DNA of 62,643 nt, the filler included, from Basidiobolus meristosporus CBS 931.73 (taxonomy: Eukaryota; Fungi; Basidiobolomycota), in the NCBI GenBank assembly GCA_002104905.1. It is 3 parts of 3 records of this genome, joined end to end, with 100 filler letters (N's around TTAATTAATTAA, not from the genome) between each part and the next. Parts side by side here need not be neighbours in the genome. Positions count along the whole stretch, not along the records: positions 25,465 to 52,857 come from MCFE01000905.1; 2 more parts are not named here. One strand, 5' to 3'. The position numbers were made by a program, and so were the translations under genes. The notes beneath the pieces were generated by a model. It did not search any database, was not told where the DNA came from, and saw only the letters and a list, made by a program, of their open reading frames with translations. Below are positions 35,658 to 49,600 of the stretch, piece by piece; positions within the stretch are counted from its first letter, which is position 1; every line of letters begins with the position of its first letter.

Positions 35658-38600
35658 ATGGAAATAGACGCTATGCAGAAGAATCCCTTCTCAGAAGAAT
35701 GCAAGAAGAGAGGACTTTGCTTCAATTGCCACCAGCAGGGACATATTGCAAAGTACTGCCCTCAGAGAAGAAATGGACACCAGCCAACAAGAACCTTCAA
35801 CCATATTGAGTCCCATGAACACAGTAATGTGGAATATGAGCTTGAAGAAGACTTGGAACTCACCTTCCATATGACAGAAGAGTACTTGTCCCAAATGACT
35901 TCAAACTCAGGGAAGTTATTGTACTTGAATGGAGTAATCAATGGAGTACCTGCCAAGATCATGATTGACTCAGGAGCATTGCATGAGTACATGTCAGAGC
36001 AATTTGCTTTGAAAGCTGGAATCAACTTGGAACCTACCAAATCAACTTCAGTCTCCACAGCTGATGGGAACTCCCACATAATCAACCGTATCACCCAGCC
36101 AGTAAGAATGAAGATCAATGACTATGAAGAAGACCTACAGGCTTATATATTTGGGAACTGCAAGTTTGACCTTGTACTTGGGAAAACCTGGCTATTTTGT
36201 CGTAATCCATCAATCAACTGGAGAACCCATGCTACTCAGATCCAAAAAGACAACAAGACCTATGAGCTATTACCTGCCAGGCTGGATTTCAACTTGGTCA
36301 ATTCCAGTGTGTGTGAGACAAGTGAACTTAGCAAGACCCAGTTCTGTAGAGCACTTAGAAAAGGTACCCAGATGTTCCTCATGGCGGTATTACAGGAGGA
36401 TTCCTCTACCCCAGCACCCCAGCAGGTCCAGACTATCTTGAAGAAATATTCAGACATGTTTCCAGTAGAACTTATAAGCCTATCACCAGTCAGAGACATG
36501 GATCATGCCATTGACACATGAGATAGCCCTCCAGTGAGCAAGACACCTTACAGAATGAGTCCATTGGAATTGGGGGAAATGAAGAGACAAATTGATCAGC
36601 TATTGGAGCAAGGATACATCAGACCCAGCAAGTCATCTTGGGGAGCACCAGTGCTTTTTGTGAAAAAGAAGGATGGAACACTTAGCATGTGCATTGACTA
36701 CAGAGCCCTGAACTCAGTTACTGTCAAGAATAAGTACCCCATACCTCAAATTGATGAGCTTTTGGACCAACTTAATGGAGCCACTATTTTCAGCAAGATT
36801 GACCTCATGTCAGGATACAACCAGATTAGGGTGAAAGCAGAAGATATCCCTGAGACAGCATTCAGGACCAGATATGGACATTACGAGTACTTAGTCATGA
36901 GTTTTGGCCTCACTAATGCCCCTGCAACATTCATGACGCTGATGCAGACTGTCTTTCAGGAGTACTTAGACAAGTTTGTGATAATCTACCTGGATGACAT
37001 ATTGATATACAGCAAGACAGAAAAGGATCACATGGTACACATTGAAAAGGTCTTGAAGAAACTAAGAGAGAACAAGCTATATGGCAAGCCACCCAAGTGT
37101 GAATTCTTCAAGGAACACATAGAATATCTGGGACACATAGTGACTAGCAGAGGAGTAACCTTAGACCCCAAGAAGGTGGAAGTAATCAAGAATTTGAAGC
37201 AGCCCCATAGCATATCAGAACTCAGATCCTTCCTTGGAATGATTTCCTATTATCGGAGATTTGTCAAGTCATTTGCAAGTATTGCAGCCCCTTTAACTGA
37301 TATCCTCAAGAAAGACAATACCTACAAGTGGGACATAGCTTGTGAGACTGCCTTCCAGACGCTAAAGAATGAACTTGCTAAGTTGCCAAGCTTAAGAATA
37401 CCAGACTTCAGAAAAGAGCTCACTCTATGCACAGATGCTTCAGATTATGCAATTGGTGGAGTGCTGAGTCAAGAACACAAGGGAAAGGACTACCCTGTTG
37501 CCTTTGAATCCAAGAAACTGAACTCAGCAGAACAAAACTATCCAGTCCATGAGAAGGAGATGCTTGCTATAATACACTGTTTGAAGACATGGAGATGCTA
37601 TATTGAAGGAGTCAAATGCACTGTGAAGACTGATCATGCCTCCCTCAAGTATATATTTACTCAGAAGGTACTCTCTAGAAGAATGACAAGATGGAGTGAA
37701 TACATTCAGCAATTTGACCTGGAGATTGTCTACTGTCCTGGAAAAAACAACACGGTTGCTGATGCCTTATCAAGATTAGATCAAGTTGCACAACTCAACT
37801 TGGTGCATGAATCAGATTGGCCTAGCCTATTACCAAAGTACTTGGAGGACCAAGCCATTCCTAATGAGGTGGATGAAGATATCAAGAAGATAATCCGTGA
37901 TGAAGCCAGCAAATTTGTTGTACAGAATAAAACACTCTACCAAATTGTTGATGGAAGCCCTATTGCCTATTGTCCTTATGTTGCTTGCCTGGATTTAATA
38001 CATAAGCTACACAATGGATATGGACATCTTGGGATTGAAGGAACCTATAGCCTTGTAAAAGCCAGAGCATGGTGGCCCAGAATGAAACAAGACATTGAGA
38101 AGCTAGTAAAAACATGCCCAAACTGCCAAATCAATCAAGGCCAGCCACAAAGAATTGCTGAACTCTTCCCTTTGGAGCCTGTAAGACCATTTGAGAGATG
38201 GGGAATTGACTTTATTGGAAGACTGCCAACTACCAGGAAATGCAACCGTTGGATCCTAGTAGCAATTGACCATGCCACTAAATGGCCTGTTGCTAAAGCT
38301 GTACCAATAGCCAGTGAACATGAAGTTGCAAGTTTCATTTACCATGAGATCCTGATGAAGTTTGGATACCCTGTGGAGATCTTATCTGATCGAGGTGCAA
38401 ACTTTATGGCAAAGACATTAGAGGCTTACCTGGAAATGCAGCAGATCAGACACTTGAAAACCTCAGCATATCACCCCAGAACTAATGGAGTCACTGAGCG
38501 GTTCAATGGATTATTTGGAAAAATGCTGACCAAGTATGCAAATGGAGTTGTCAGTAGATGGGATGAGTATATAGACCAAGCACTCTTTGCATGCAGAGTC

Positions 38601-38891
38601 AGAGTACACAACACCACCCAGCAATCACCATTTTACTTAGTTTATGGATGTGAACCAAGGATTCCAGGAGATCTCACACAACCAAAACTTACAGACACCT
38701 TAGAAGATGAACTCAGTCAGCCAAGTAGACACCAGCAACTGGAACAAAGACGTCAGGAGGCACAGACCAAAGTATCTCAAAGCGCAGAAAAGATGAAGCA
38801 GAGATTTGATAAGACTATAGCACCAGAAGCATTGACAGTTGGGAACTTTGTATTGCTAAGAAACAACACTTGGAAGAAGTTTGTGCCATAA
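35658..38891 (+). pseudogene. pol: Gypsy-1 pol: zinc knuckle, aspartic protease, RT, RNase H, integrase
   Basis: CFNCHQQGHIAKYC; IDSGA; YLDD; TDASDYAIG; H-H-C-C plus WGIDF/SDRG/NGVTE. In-frame TGA at 36519-36521 (IDT*DSPPV). Integrase C-terminus truncated at KKFVP*. Confidence 0.92.
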
Positions 38892-39829
38892 TGGTGTTTT
38901 GGTGGTGCTTATGTTATGATCTGCCGCTTGAATGTTAAAGTTAGATCAGTTTTTAGTCAAAACCAATCAGTATATGTTTAGGTTATCAGTAAATCAGTAT
39001 TATCTATGAAATCAGTAGCATTAGTCAACAAATGAATCAGCAGTTCCTTATCAGACAGAAATAGATATATCAAGTAGGATCTTATTGGGTGATGATGATG
39101 CAATCAGATGAGTCATCAGCCACAACCTACATTAGGAAATACAATTAGTCAGCAATTGAACTGGCAAAATGTATATAAGGAGCTGCTGGAACCTCAATAA
39201 TAATCAGTTTAAGTTTTAGCAAATACCATACTAGCTAAACTCCCTATTCCTCTACAACTCTTATACCAAGACTTGTAACAGTATGCTAGCTTTAAAGTGT
39301 TGGCTTGCTAGACTTCTAACAGCCTCTTGAATATTAGCCCACTATTCATCATTGCGCTCAACAGCTTCATAGATCTTCAATGTCCGGTAATTTTTTGGCT
39401 GTAGTATAAACACTACATTTTCTCCCTCCCATACTGTGATAGGTTTTTCTGTGCACTTATCCTAGGGCACTGTTCTTGTTCTTCAAAGACTGTAAAATCT
39501 TTCTCTGCTGTTTAATTGGGAAATGGCTCAGCTCTTGACTGTGACATTTAGCTACTTAAGTTCCTTCCTTGAGGCAAAGATACTGCTTTCTCTACCTGAG
39601 ATATTGATTGCATTAAACCTTTTATTTGCTTTACCTGTTTTTAGACTGTTTCCTGATTTCTCTGTGCCATTGTTTCTATTCTATTAGCTGCTGCACTTAA
39701 TTGCCTCATTAGTGCTTTGGAATGAGCTGACAACATGCTTGCTAATACAGGTGGTGGCGATGTTCTGATGGCCACTTGCTGGTCTTCAACTTAAGGTACT
39801 GCTTTTGCTACATTCTCATCTGCCTAAGC

Positions 39830-42640
39830 ATTGTGGACTGCTTGCAGCTCCACAGAGATACCAAATTGCCCACCTGACTGCAAGCCTGAGGAGTCCACAT
39901 TATTACAGTCAGTGGGCACACTGTCCACAGACCTTTTCTTGATTGTAGCCCTGCTTGTTGCACTGAGTGTCAAAACAAGCTGTTGTCCAACCATTCTTCT
40001 GCTGCTGTCAGCAGTGGGGTTTGGTTGGGAACCATATGACTTTGCTTTATTTTATGGCAGGATATACATAGAAGTGTGTCCAACCAAAGGGAAAATGGTG
40101 CTACATATACATGTGTATGTAGTGCCACAACTTCATTTATAACTTTTACTATGGCATGCCATCATTGAATCTTACATTCATTTAGGTATAATATCTCAAA
40201 TATCAGACTGTCTCAAATTTATATGAGTATTGTCAAAAAAGTGATATCACAGTATTATGTTGTGGAGTGTTAAACTGTTTGCCAGTGGACAAAGATACTT
40301 TGACTCAATGCTATAAGAGAAGAGAAAAAGTACTGTGTGGCTATTGTGGCAAATTTCCCAATCATGAAGAACACAGAGAGCATTTTGCCACACAAGTCAC
40401 ATTTGACTATTCATCAGTCACTGCTGTACCAACAATATCTTTCCAGCTAGGTGATACCTCCAGATGGGCACCTGGCTGTACTTGTCACCTTGGGCAAACT
40501 CAGTCAGGTGAGTTTGTGATACCTACCCCAGCCTTCTAAATATGGCACGCATAGTGTTAGCTCTGAAGAAGCAGGCTCACTGATGGAATGTGAGTCTATA
40601 TTCCCTAACAACAGTATCCTGCATGAGGCCAGTAAAATCTCATTATGTATTGAGACAAAGCTGCTGAAACAAAATGCTGAGGATACTCTATGGAGTCAAG
40701 TGAACCCAGTAATCCATCTACTAGTGATTGATGTAATCTTGTGGCTAGAGAAGTGGCACATTTCCAATAATATCAGTGATAGGTATGTGAGGATTTACTA
40801 CTACTTCTTGCCAAAATCATCCCAGGATGCCACCTACCATGTACAAGGTATAAATGGACTATGGTCATGCCACTGACAGCATGTGACCCAGAGACCATCC
40901 TAATACCAGTATGTGTTTACAGTTGCATGGCATTGACATCAGAGAGTGCCCCCATTACAGGGAGTCCAACTTATCAAGAATCAACCACCATTGGGGGAAA
41001 ATACTGTTTACACTCCAGATATATTCCAGTAATACCCCATTTAAAAAAGCTCAGGCAACCCAACAACTATTGTGAAGCTATACAGTACTACACTCAGTCT
41101 CATTCAAGGGCATAAGTATCTAATAATTATCTTCAAACATTACAACAGCTAGGATGCAACAGGTACTTTGAAGGAATTTCAATCATGCCTTTGCCTTGGC
41201 ACATGATTGATTCTTATTAAATGTGTACATTACCAGCAGATCCTGCTGTGTATTATTACTATATATTATACTAGGCCAACTGGCATTCATGCTAAGCTTG
41301 GTTTTCAGCTGCTCAACACTTCCACCAAAAGTTACTACTGAATTTTGAAGCAGAAACACCAGCTGATTACCAGCTAAAAATCTGACCTGTAGATATCTGC
41401 CACTGTGGTATCCATTTGCTGCACCATCTTGCTTGGTTTGCTGAGAAAACTGGGCCTTGCTGCACCTTTTGGGAGTTTCCCATGGAGTGGATGTGTGGGG
41501 AGATAGGATGACAAGTCAAGTTGCCGATCCTACCATATCCTAATCCTATCAATAAAATTACCTTCAAGTCCATCATGGATGCAATAAGTTTGCAAATGGA
41601 GGACAAGCAGGAAGAATTGGAAAATACTGAGAGCGGATGTGCACATGGAGACACCTATGCCTATGGCATTAAGAAGCTAAGCAGCCAAAGGCATGGGTAA
41701 TCAGTTGAGCTATACAAAGTTGGGTTGTGTGCAACAAGCAACTAACTTTTATTAGGAAAACTCTACCAAGTAATGCTGGATTTCTCTTGGTCATAGGCCA
41801 ACCTCTACACCATTCAATATGGAATTAACACAAACAAGAGCCAGAGCACACATATAAGGGGGACAAGAATCCAGCAGGGAGAAGGAATATATTGGCTAAG
41901 TACCAAAAAGCTCATTGCTTATATTCAGGAGGTATCCATGGCAGCAATGGTGGCAACCAAGCATATGTTTGCAAGATGCATATGTTGCCATCAATACAAG
42001 GTATATAGCAATTTTGCAAGTATCACACCAAATGCTGATTACTTGAGATGATAGAAGTATGTCAATTGCAGCAGGTGTGAGCATTTGTATAGGTTAGCAA
42101 GCAGGAAGTCAAAGCATTTTTGATTTGAACTATATGGGGAAAACCAAGGATAGTAGTGGGTAAGCAAATAAAGAAGGGTGATTCTTAAGTGGATTATATT
42201 AACTGTGCAATGTGAGGTAGGAAAAGGAAATACCATTTGGTATATTGGTACATTAGCAATATACAGAACTAGCTGTAGGCTGTCATACAGCTATGATATG
42301 ACATCAGAGGCTTGCAATGAGGCTGTAAAAATACTGTAACATTTTTGCCAATTTAGGCAATTGTATGTACTAGCTGGTTAGATCTACTCAAGTAGTTACA
42401 GAGCGCACCAAGACCGCAACAATGCCATGCCACCCCAGGCAAAACAGTGTACAAATACTATTATGCTCTTAACTGTATTTGGCTGAAAAGTCAGCCAAAT
42501 GCCATTGTGATTATGTCATACAATTGTGTAGAGGGTCAGTAATTCCAAGCTGCTGGTATTATTGTGGTGTTCTGATGGCATATTGATGGCTAATCCAGAT
42601 TGGATCCACCTGTGGGACCAAATTATTTTCATAGGGCTAC
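39830..42640 (+). mobile_element. Degenerate Tnp2/CACTA-like element
   Basis: Contains a region reading GPCCTFWEFPMEWMCGEIG (cf. GP.W.YW.FPMER.CG of EnSpm-type transposases). Colinear with the two other copies. Confidence 0.75.
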
Positions 42641-42654
42641 TCAAGCCATATTTG

Positions 42655-43345
42655 TTAAGCTGCTAGACTTCTGGAAGACACTTAGAAGCAAGGAACTGCT
42701 GCTGGTTGATAAAGACATTGGATAGAACATGACTGATGCAAACTCAGCATCTAGTCCACTCTTAAGTGCAGTACACAAGTTCCCTATTGAGGTACAGGGA
42801 ATCAAGATCTTGCTGCCCCTCTTCATTAGCCAGAAGGCAAACATTCACCCCCTGCTAGAGAGATCAAGGGAAACCAGTACTAAGGCTACTACCATCAGCC
42901 ATTCTAATGGCTCAGTATGGTACACTATACAAGGACCCAACCTAGGACTATAGTCAGCCTTCAATGGCATAGCACCTAACAATAAGAGGACACATACTGC
43001 TTGCTAGAAGATACTTATTGCCATGGAGGACAATCAGGAACCTGACAGCATATATTCCATCATTTGGAGCTGCTCATCAGGTACAGAGGAGCAAATAGCT
43101 TTAGTTTGAACAAAATACAAGACAGTTGAACAGATGATTAGACCATCACTTACACTACCAACTGATGGATTGCAACCTACTAATTATATCAAACCACCAG
43201 AGGAAGCACCAGAAGATAAATGGCTTACACTTGAGAGACTTAACCAACTTATCTCTGGTGATGGAAATCTAACACAGAGGAGATCTTATTATTTGAGAAT
43301 ACCTTGAAAAGGCCTGATAAGGTTTTTGCTTATAATGACAAGGAG
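42655..43345 (+). mobile_element. Older fragment of gypsy-2 pol (protease to RT start)
   Basis: Diverged colinear copy of ~46990-47670 (MTDANSASSPL..VHKFPIEVQGIK). Confidence 0.85.
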
Positions 43346-43661
43346 ATGTGTCGTGTTGTATTATGATTAGTTTGGGGCTTGTTCTACAATGTAGAGGCTA
43401 ATCAACAATATACAACAACCTCCAGTATGCTAACACTGAAATAGTTTATTGGGAGTTTGATATACCGATAGAAGATATAACTTTCACTAATTTCCTCAAT
43501 CTTGGGCTCAAAATATACTGTAGGCAGTGTTTATCACTTCCACAGCAGTGTTCTGACCTTCTGTTGACTAATGGGCTTATTTACTTTTATAGTAACTTTT
43601 CCTTATTTGGAAGTCACTATCCTTTCTGAGAAAATATTTCCTAATATGGAGATTCTGAACT

Positions 43662-43960
43662 CCCCTTTAACCTAAAGGGGTGTGTTGTAGAAGTCTCTAG
43701 AGGGGTCTTTAGACCTAAAGGGGTGTGTTGTAGAAGTCTCTAGAGGGGTCTTTAGACCTAAAGGGGAGTCTAAAGGGGTGTCTTTAGAGTAAAGGGGCTT
43801 CTTGTAGTGGTCTCTAAAGTGGACTTTACACTAAAGGGGTGCCTAAAGGGGCTTCTTTAGAGTAAAGGGGTTTCTTAAAGGGGTCTCTAAAGGGGTCTTT
43901 AGACTAAAGGGGTGTCTAAAGGGGTGTCTTTAGAGTAAAGGGGTTTCTTAGAGGGGACTT
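43662..43960 (+). repeat. G4-tract minisatellite (TAAAGGGG/TAGAGGGG motifs)
   Basis: 16 GGGG tracts between 43677 and 43956. Two exact 43-bp units at 43671-43713 and 43714-43756. Confidence 0.9.
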
Positions 43961-45545
43961 TTCCGACAGAAAAGTGGTATTTTCTTGTAGAACTTAGATT
44001 GGATTCTTGTGAGCTTTGCAGTCTCTTTACTGATGTAGTACCAATCAAAGTCAGAATACTCAACAGTGCAAGTGATGCAGGGGAAGTCTTATAACCTTTA
44101 AACTTGTAATTGTAGTGTGGAGATTCTGGAAAGAGAGGCTCTCCCTTTATTTTTCAGCTGGGGAAGTCATCTATATGAAAATTTTGAAGGATCAAAGTTT
44201 TTGGGCAATTGCGCAAGCAATACACGTGATACAAAGCTAAAATTTTGCAGTGGTGCAGATCAGACATAGGCGCAGCACCTGTGAAATTTTCACGTGATTT
44301 GATTGGCGGGTTCAAAAGTTACACGCTGTAGTGGGGTCACAGTGACACCCACAGGCAGATGTGCTCATTCTTATGCATTCACTTCCCTAAAAAGGATTAC
44401 CCCGCCTATATTATTATCATCCCAAATTTGCAATATTTCCTATTTTTGTCTATGTGATTATTACTATGCAACCTGACAAACTGTTTGTCACTATTAACCC
44501 ATTGCACAAGCTATTCTTATTCCTTGCCGAGATGCCAAGATAAGATAGTTACCTTATATGGCAAGTACCCCAACAGTGCCCATGTCACGTGACCATCTTG
44601 GTTTCATAATCCCCCATCTCACTACCATAAGAGGCAACCACATGACACAGAGGTTTCATGTTACCACTACCTGATTAGCTAGGTACTACTATGTCTCATG
44701 GAACAATCCGCCAAGAATTTGCGCTATTTTCAGTACACAAAGACATGATTGGTTGTCTACTACCTTCTGGAAGCTTCCGGAAAGTATTTTCTAGCAAGAA
44801 ATTGAGCAGCAAAAAAGTATATAAGGGAGGCTATCCCTTAAAATAAATCATCCCCCTTCCAATATTCCGACTTATTGATTAGTGAGATCACCGCTACCTA
44901 TTACCACTATTTTCTGACTCAGACCTGACAACACTCCCAGGAAACCGCGCTGACAGCCAACTGACCTTGGAGGCACTACTTGTGAGGAATACTCAGAGTA
45001 GGTATATTTTATTATATTTGTTTGTTTTCCCAAGTTTGTTCTTGTACAGGCAAAGATACTTTTCAGTCTTTGTAACTATTGGTCAAAGCTGCATTCTTAT
45101 CAAGTCCCTGTTGGTGGAGTTTACAGTTGTTTTGACTTTGGAAGCTTTAGTACATTGTCATCTCAAAGGACGTCGAAGCCATTATAAACTTTTGTTAAGA
45201 CGCCAACTAAGTTGGGGATTGTAGTTCAATAGTTTTCCCTTGACAAGCTTGAGGCTTTATCCCCCATCACATTAGATTAGATAAAAGACCCAGTATTCCT
45301 AGCAAGCTTTTGCCAGAGGTTATCGCACCCAGTGAACACCCCACACACATTCACACTTGAGAAGTGTTGGCCGTATTTTGCCCTTTGGACTTATACACCA
45401 CCACATATTTGGCACCCAACGTGGGGGGTTCATACAAGCTCCCTAGGACCCAACAAGATTTACCTGAAGATTTGAGCCGTCACCCATTTATTGAAACAAG
45501 ACTACCGATATTATCAAGACTATAACACCAACCTACGTACCCAAA

Positions 45546-46664
45546 ATGAACTCTATGCCGTTACCACTCTCACATGGAGCCCCACAGTTTGATGGAAAGA
45601 ATGTGGAGAGCTTCATATTCAAATGGGAGAAGCTCTGCAAGATGTGCAGCCTATCTGAACAAGAAATGGCTGAAGACTTCCCCTACTACTGCACTGATGA
45701 TATTACTACCAAGCTTCTCAGACAAGGAGACATTCTGACTGACTGGACCTTAATGAAGACCTACCTACAGACCGAGTATGGCAGACCCCAGATATACTAT
45801 GGAATTGAAGACCTCAGACACTTTGGGAGGATGGGACTCTCCAAGCTACCAATTGAAGAGTTCATTCAACAATATGAAGATATGGCCAAGCCACTCCTAG
45901 AGTCCCAGGCGATAACTGAGTTTACCATGACACTTTACCTTGCACAAGGGCTTCCCCAGGAGTTGGCAAGGAAAGTTGACCTACATGCAGCCAAGGATGA
46001 CAAGTCTGGCATTCCTTGCTTTGCAGAGATGAAACGTGTACTCCTAGAGGCAAAGCAAACTTCTACCTTTATGAGACTCCTGACATCTAATCTGCCAGAC
46101 CAGCCAACCAAGGAGCTAAAGAGTGCTGTTGCTGACAATCAGACCTACACTACCGACAGAATTGACCAACTTGCTGAACAGCTACAAAAGCTAGCCCTCA
46201 AGGTTAATGGCTCAGCTGAGGTAGCTACTGAGGGCCAAAGAGCTTTGCCTAGACACTGCATTTGGTGTGACTCTACTCAGCATGCCAGACGTGAATGCTC
46301 AGAGCTTAGCCAGCTACTTAGAGAAGGAACAGTACAGTTTGATGCTGATGGAATGCTTGCTGATAAGGAAGGAAAAAGGATTCCCACTAATTTCCGAAGA
46401 GGCGGAATGAGAGCCCTTTTCCAGAAGTCTGACTCAGCAACTAGAAAGATTACTGTTGATGCCCCTATTGAGACTCATACAGTGAGTCCAAACAGCCCTG
46501 ACAACAGAAAATACAAAGTAGACACCTTTGCACTAAGAGACACCTTCCTGAAGAACCTGTCAAACCCATCCTTAGAAGACCACAATTTGAAGAGCCTGAG
46601 GTTATTATTGACAAGAGGCCTGGAACACTGCCTACCCAAGACCCATTACCTCACTTTCAGATGA
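45546..46664 (+). CDS. gag: Gypsy-2 gag
   Basis: APQFDGKNVESFIFKWE gag start and CIWCDSTQHARREC knuckle. The pol frame (-1) is already open from ~46503. Confidence 0.85.
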   Translation: MNSMPLPLSHGAPQFDGKNVESFIFKWEKLCKMCSLSEQEMAEDFPYYCTDDITTKLLRQGDILTDWTLMKTYLQTEYGRPQIYYGIEDLRHFGRMGLSKLPIEEFIQQYEDMAKPLLESQAITEFTMTLYLAQGLPQELARKVDLHAAKDDKSGIPCFAEMKRVLLEAKQTSTFMRLLTSNLPDQPTKELKSAVADNQTYTTDRIDQLAEQLQKLALKVNGSAEVATEGQRALPRHCIWCDSTQHARRECSELSQLLREGTVQFDADGMLADKEGKRIPTNFRRGGMRALFQKSDSATRKITVDAPIETHTVSPNSPDNRKYKVDTFALRDTFLKNLSNPSLEDHNLKSLRLLLTRGLEHCLPKTHYLTFR

Positions 46665-49600
46665 CCTCAAAGATAGCAGGCTACTCAAGCCCCCAATTGA
46701 TTACTGAGAAACTACTGAAGCAGAACCTCACTTTGTCAGTTGGAGAAATCATGAGTGTATCACCGTCTGTTAGGAAGACCTTTGATGAGCAGCTTAGAAC
46801 AAGAAGACAAGCTGTTGAACATATGGACACCCATATAATCCAGACAAACCATGAAGACCACGAAAAGGATGACAATGCTACCAAATACAAGACCTTTTAC
46901 TCAGTTGCAACTGCTGTGGTGAAAGGGTACATATATGATGACCCTGTTGACTGCCATATTGACAGTGGTTCAGAGATTTGTGTTATGCCGCTAGACTTCT
47001 GGAAGACACTTAGAAGCAAGGAGCTACTGCCTGTTGATAGAGATATTGGATGGAACATGACTGATGCAAACTCAGGGTCTAGCCCACTCTATGGTGTAGT
47101 GCACAAGTTCCCTATTGAGGTACAAGGAATCAAGGTCTGGCTTCCCCTCTTTATCTGCCAGAAGGCAAACTTTGACCTTCTGTTAGGCAGACCATGGGAG
47201 ACCAGCACTAAGGCTACAACTACCAACTATTCTGATGGGTCAGTGTGGTACACTATACAAGGATCCAACCCAGGACTACAGTCAACATTCTGTGGGGTAA
47301 CACCCAACAATAAGAGGACACATACCGCTTGCCAGAAGACACATCTTGTTATAGAAGAAGATGAGGAGCTTGACAGTATACACCCTAACAGTTGGAGCTG
47401 CTCATTAGGTATACAGGAGCAGACAGCTATGGTTCGCACAAAATACAAGACAGTGGAACAGAAGATTAGACCATCACTTACGCCTTTAACTGATGGGTCT
47501 CGACCTGCTGATTACATCAGACCACCAGAAGGAACACCAGAAGATATACGACTTACACCTGAGAGACTTAAGCAACTTATCATTGGTGATGGAAACCTAA
47601 CACCGGAGGAGATCTTACTATTTGAAGAAACCCTGAAAAGGCATGATAAGGTTTTCTCATACAACGACAAGGAGATGGGACTCTTAAAGACATTGGCTGA
47701 AAAACCTATCAAAATTCATACAGTGCCCCACACACCCTGGTCATTTAAACCTTACCCACTGCCTAGAGGACTCCAAGCTGATGTGCATGACCTACTTAAG
47801 AAGAAGATTGAAGCTGGTATCCTAGAACCTTGCCATGGACCTTATGCTAACAGATGGTTTGTGACCAAAAAGAAGAATGGGAAGCTCCGATTCATTCAAG
47901 ACATGCAACCTGCAAATGCTGTCACTATCAGAGATGCCGCAATACCTCCGTCTATTGATGACTTTGCAGAAAGCTTTAGTGGTCACTCCATCTACTCAAC
48001 ATATGATCTCTACTCAGGATATGACCAGATTCCCCTAGATGAGACATCAAGAGATATGTTTGCACTCCAGACACCATTTGGACTGTTAAGAATGACAAGA
48101 CTTAGCCAAGGGGTAACAAACTCCGTGGCTCAGTTCCAGAGGTGCATGGTAAATGTGCTCTACCGGTTTATACCTGAGAAACTTGCTGTCTTTGTTGATG
48201 ACATAGGCATCAAAGGACCAAAACTCCGGGACACAACTGAAGTTATGCCTGGAGTAAGAAAGTTTGTCTATGACCATATTTCAGACAATGATGCCATATT
48301 AGGAGCCATTGAAGAAGCTGGACTCACCATCAGTGGTGAGAAAAGCAGCTTTGGTGTATCAGAGATATCCATTGTTGGACAAAAATGCAACACCTTTGGT
48401 CGTTCACCTGGAGACTCCAAGACACAAAAGATATGCAACTGGCCTACCCCCACAAATCTAACACAAGCTTGTGGCTTTGTGGCAGCTTGTGGGTTCTTTA
48501 GGATCTGGATCCCAAGATTTTCTGAGATAGCAGAACCAATCTACCGACTACAGAGAAAGAATGCCCCATTTAACTGGGGAGAAGAGCAAGAAGAAGCCAT
48601 GCAATTACTAAAAGAGGCCTTAGTATCTCCACCAGTTCTGAGACCTCTTGACTATCAGAACACTGAATGCCCACCTATCTTGACGGTGGATGCAAGCCCT
48701 GTAGGAGCTGGAGCACTACTTGGCCAAGATGATGAAGATGGTAACCGCTATGCCTGCAGATATGAGAGCTGCCTCTTCTCTCCTAGAGAACAAAGATACT
48801 CACAGATTAAGAGAGAGCTACTAGGAGTTGTGAAGATGCTGAGAAAGCTGAAGTCACAACTCTACATGACACATTTCATCCTGGAGACAGATGCTAAGCC
48901 ACTTATAGGAATGATCAACAAGCCTGATCTACCTGATGATGCCACAAATCGGTGGATGGCATGGCTGAAAATGTTTGACTTTGAGGTCAGACATATCCCT
49001 GGCAAGACAAATGTTGTGGCTGATGCACTCTCCAGGAAGGGACCACAGTTGTCTGAAGATATGGACCCTGACTTTGATGACATAATTGATGCAGAAATCC
49101 GACAACTACACGTGAAGAAGCCCAGCAACTCTACGTGGAACACCATTCAAGACTATCTGAGAACCTTAGAGAAGCCACCAGGATGAGCCCACATGATTTC
49201 AGAAAGCTCAGGAAGAAGGCCCATCATTTCTACATAAAAGATGGCCTCCTCTTCAAACGAGTAAAGCCTGGACAGACACCAAGAAGAGTTATAGTTGAGC
49301 CCCAGGAACAACTGACTATTATGTCAAGCCTTCATGAAGGAAGACCCGGTGGTCATAGAGGCAGAGATGCCACTTACAATGTTGTTTCCAGTAGATACTA
49401 CTGGGAGCATATGTATCATGATGTCCAACACTTTGTTGAATCTTGTGACATTTGCCAAAGAAGGTCAACCAAGAGATATGAGGAGCCGCTCCATCCAACC
49501 TACACACCTTGTCTATGGCAGAAGGTTGGCATTGACCTGGTCCACATGCCAACTGCTGGAACCAAGAAGTACCTTGTTGTTGCCAGAGATGATCTGAGTG

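Larger units (their letters stand above)
34525..39280 (+). mobile_element. Ty3/gypsy LTR retrotransposon 1, inactivated
   Basis: 369-bp LTRs at 34525-34893 and 38912-39280 (TGTTA...TAACA, about 16 differences by eye). PBS TGGTAGCAG is complementary to the initiator tRNA-Met 3' end. Domain order gag-PR-RT-RH-IN. No TSD. Confidence 0.95.

Noticed and set aside
35640-35660. Programmed -1 frameshifts at the gag/pol junctions (here and ~46503-46664)
   Set aside because: No canonical X XXY YYZ heptamer seen. A single added base in a short run restores one ORF, so mutation or homopolymer sequencing error is at least as likely.
39400-39760. Degenerate gag-like knuckle on the minus strand (YLCLKEGT*VAKC)
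   Set aside because: Too eroded to call with confidence; probably another TE scrap.
44967-45224. Identical 85-aa ORF at 44967 and 51077
   Set aside because: Lies inside the duplicated LTRs, starts at TTG, and is not preserved in the older LTR copy at ~26800.
45215-45245. GGGGATTGTAGTTCAAT, resembling a tRNA 5' end/A-box, in the gypsy-2 LTR
   Set aside because: No anticodon arm, T-loop or acceptor partner follows.
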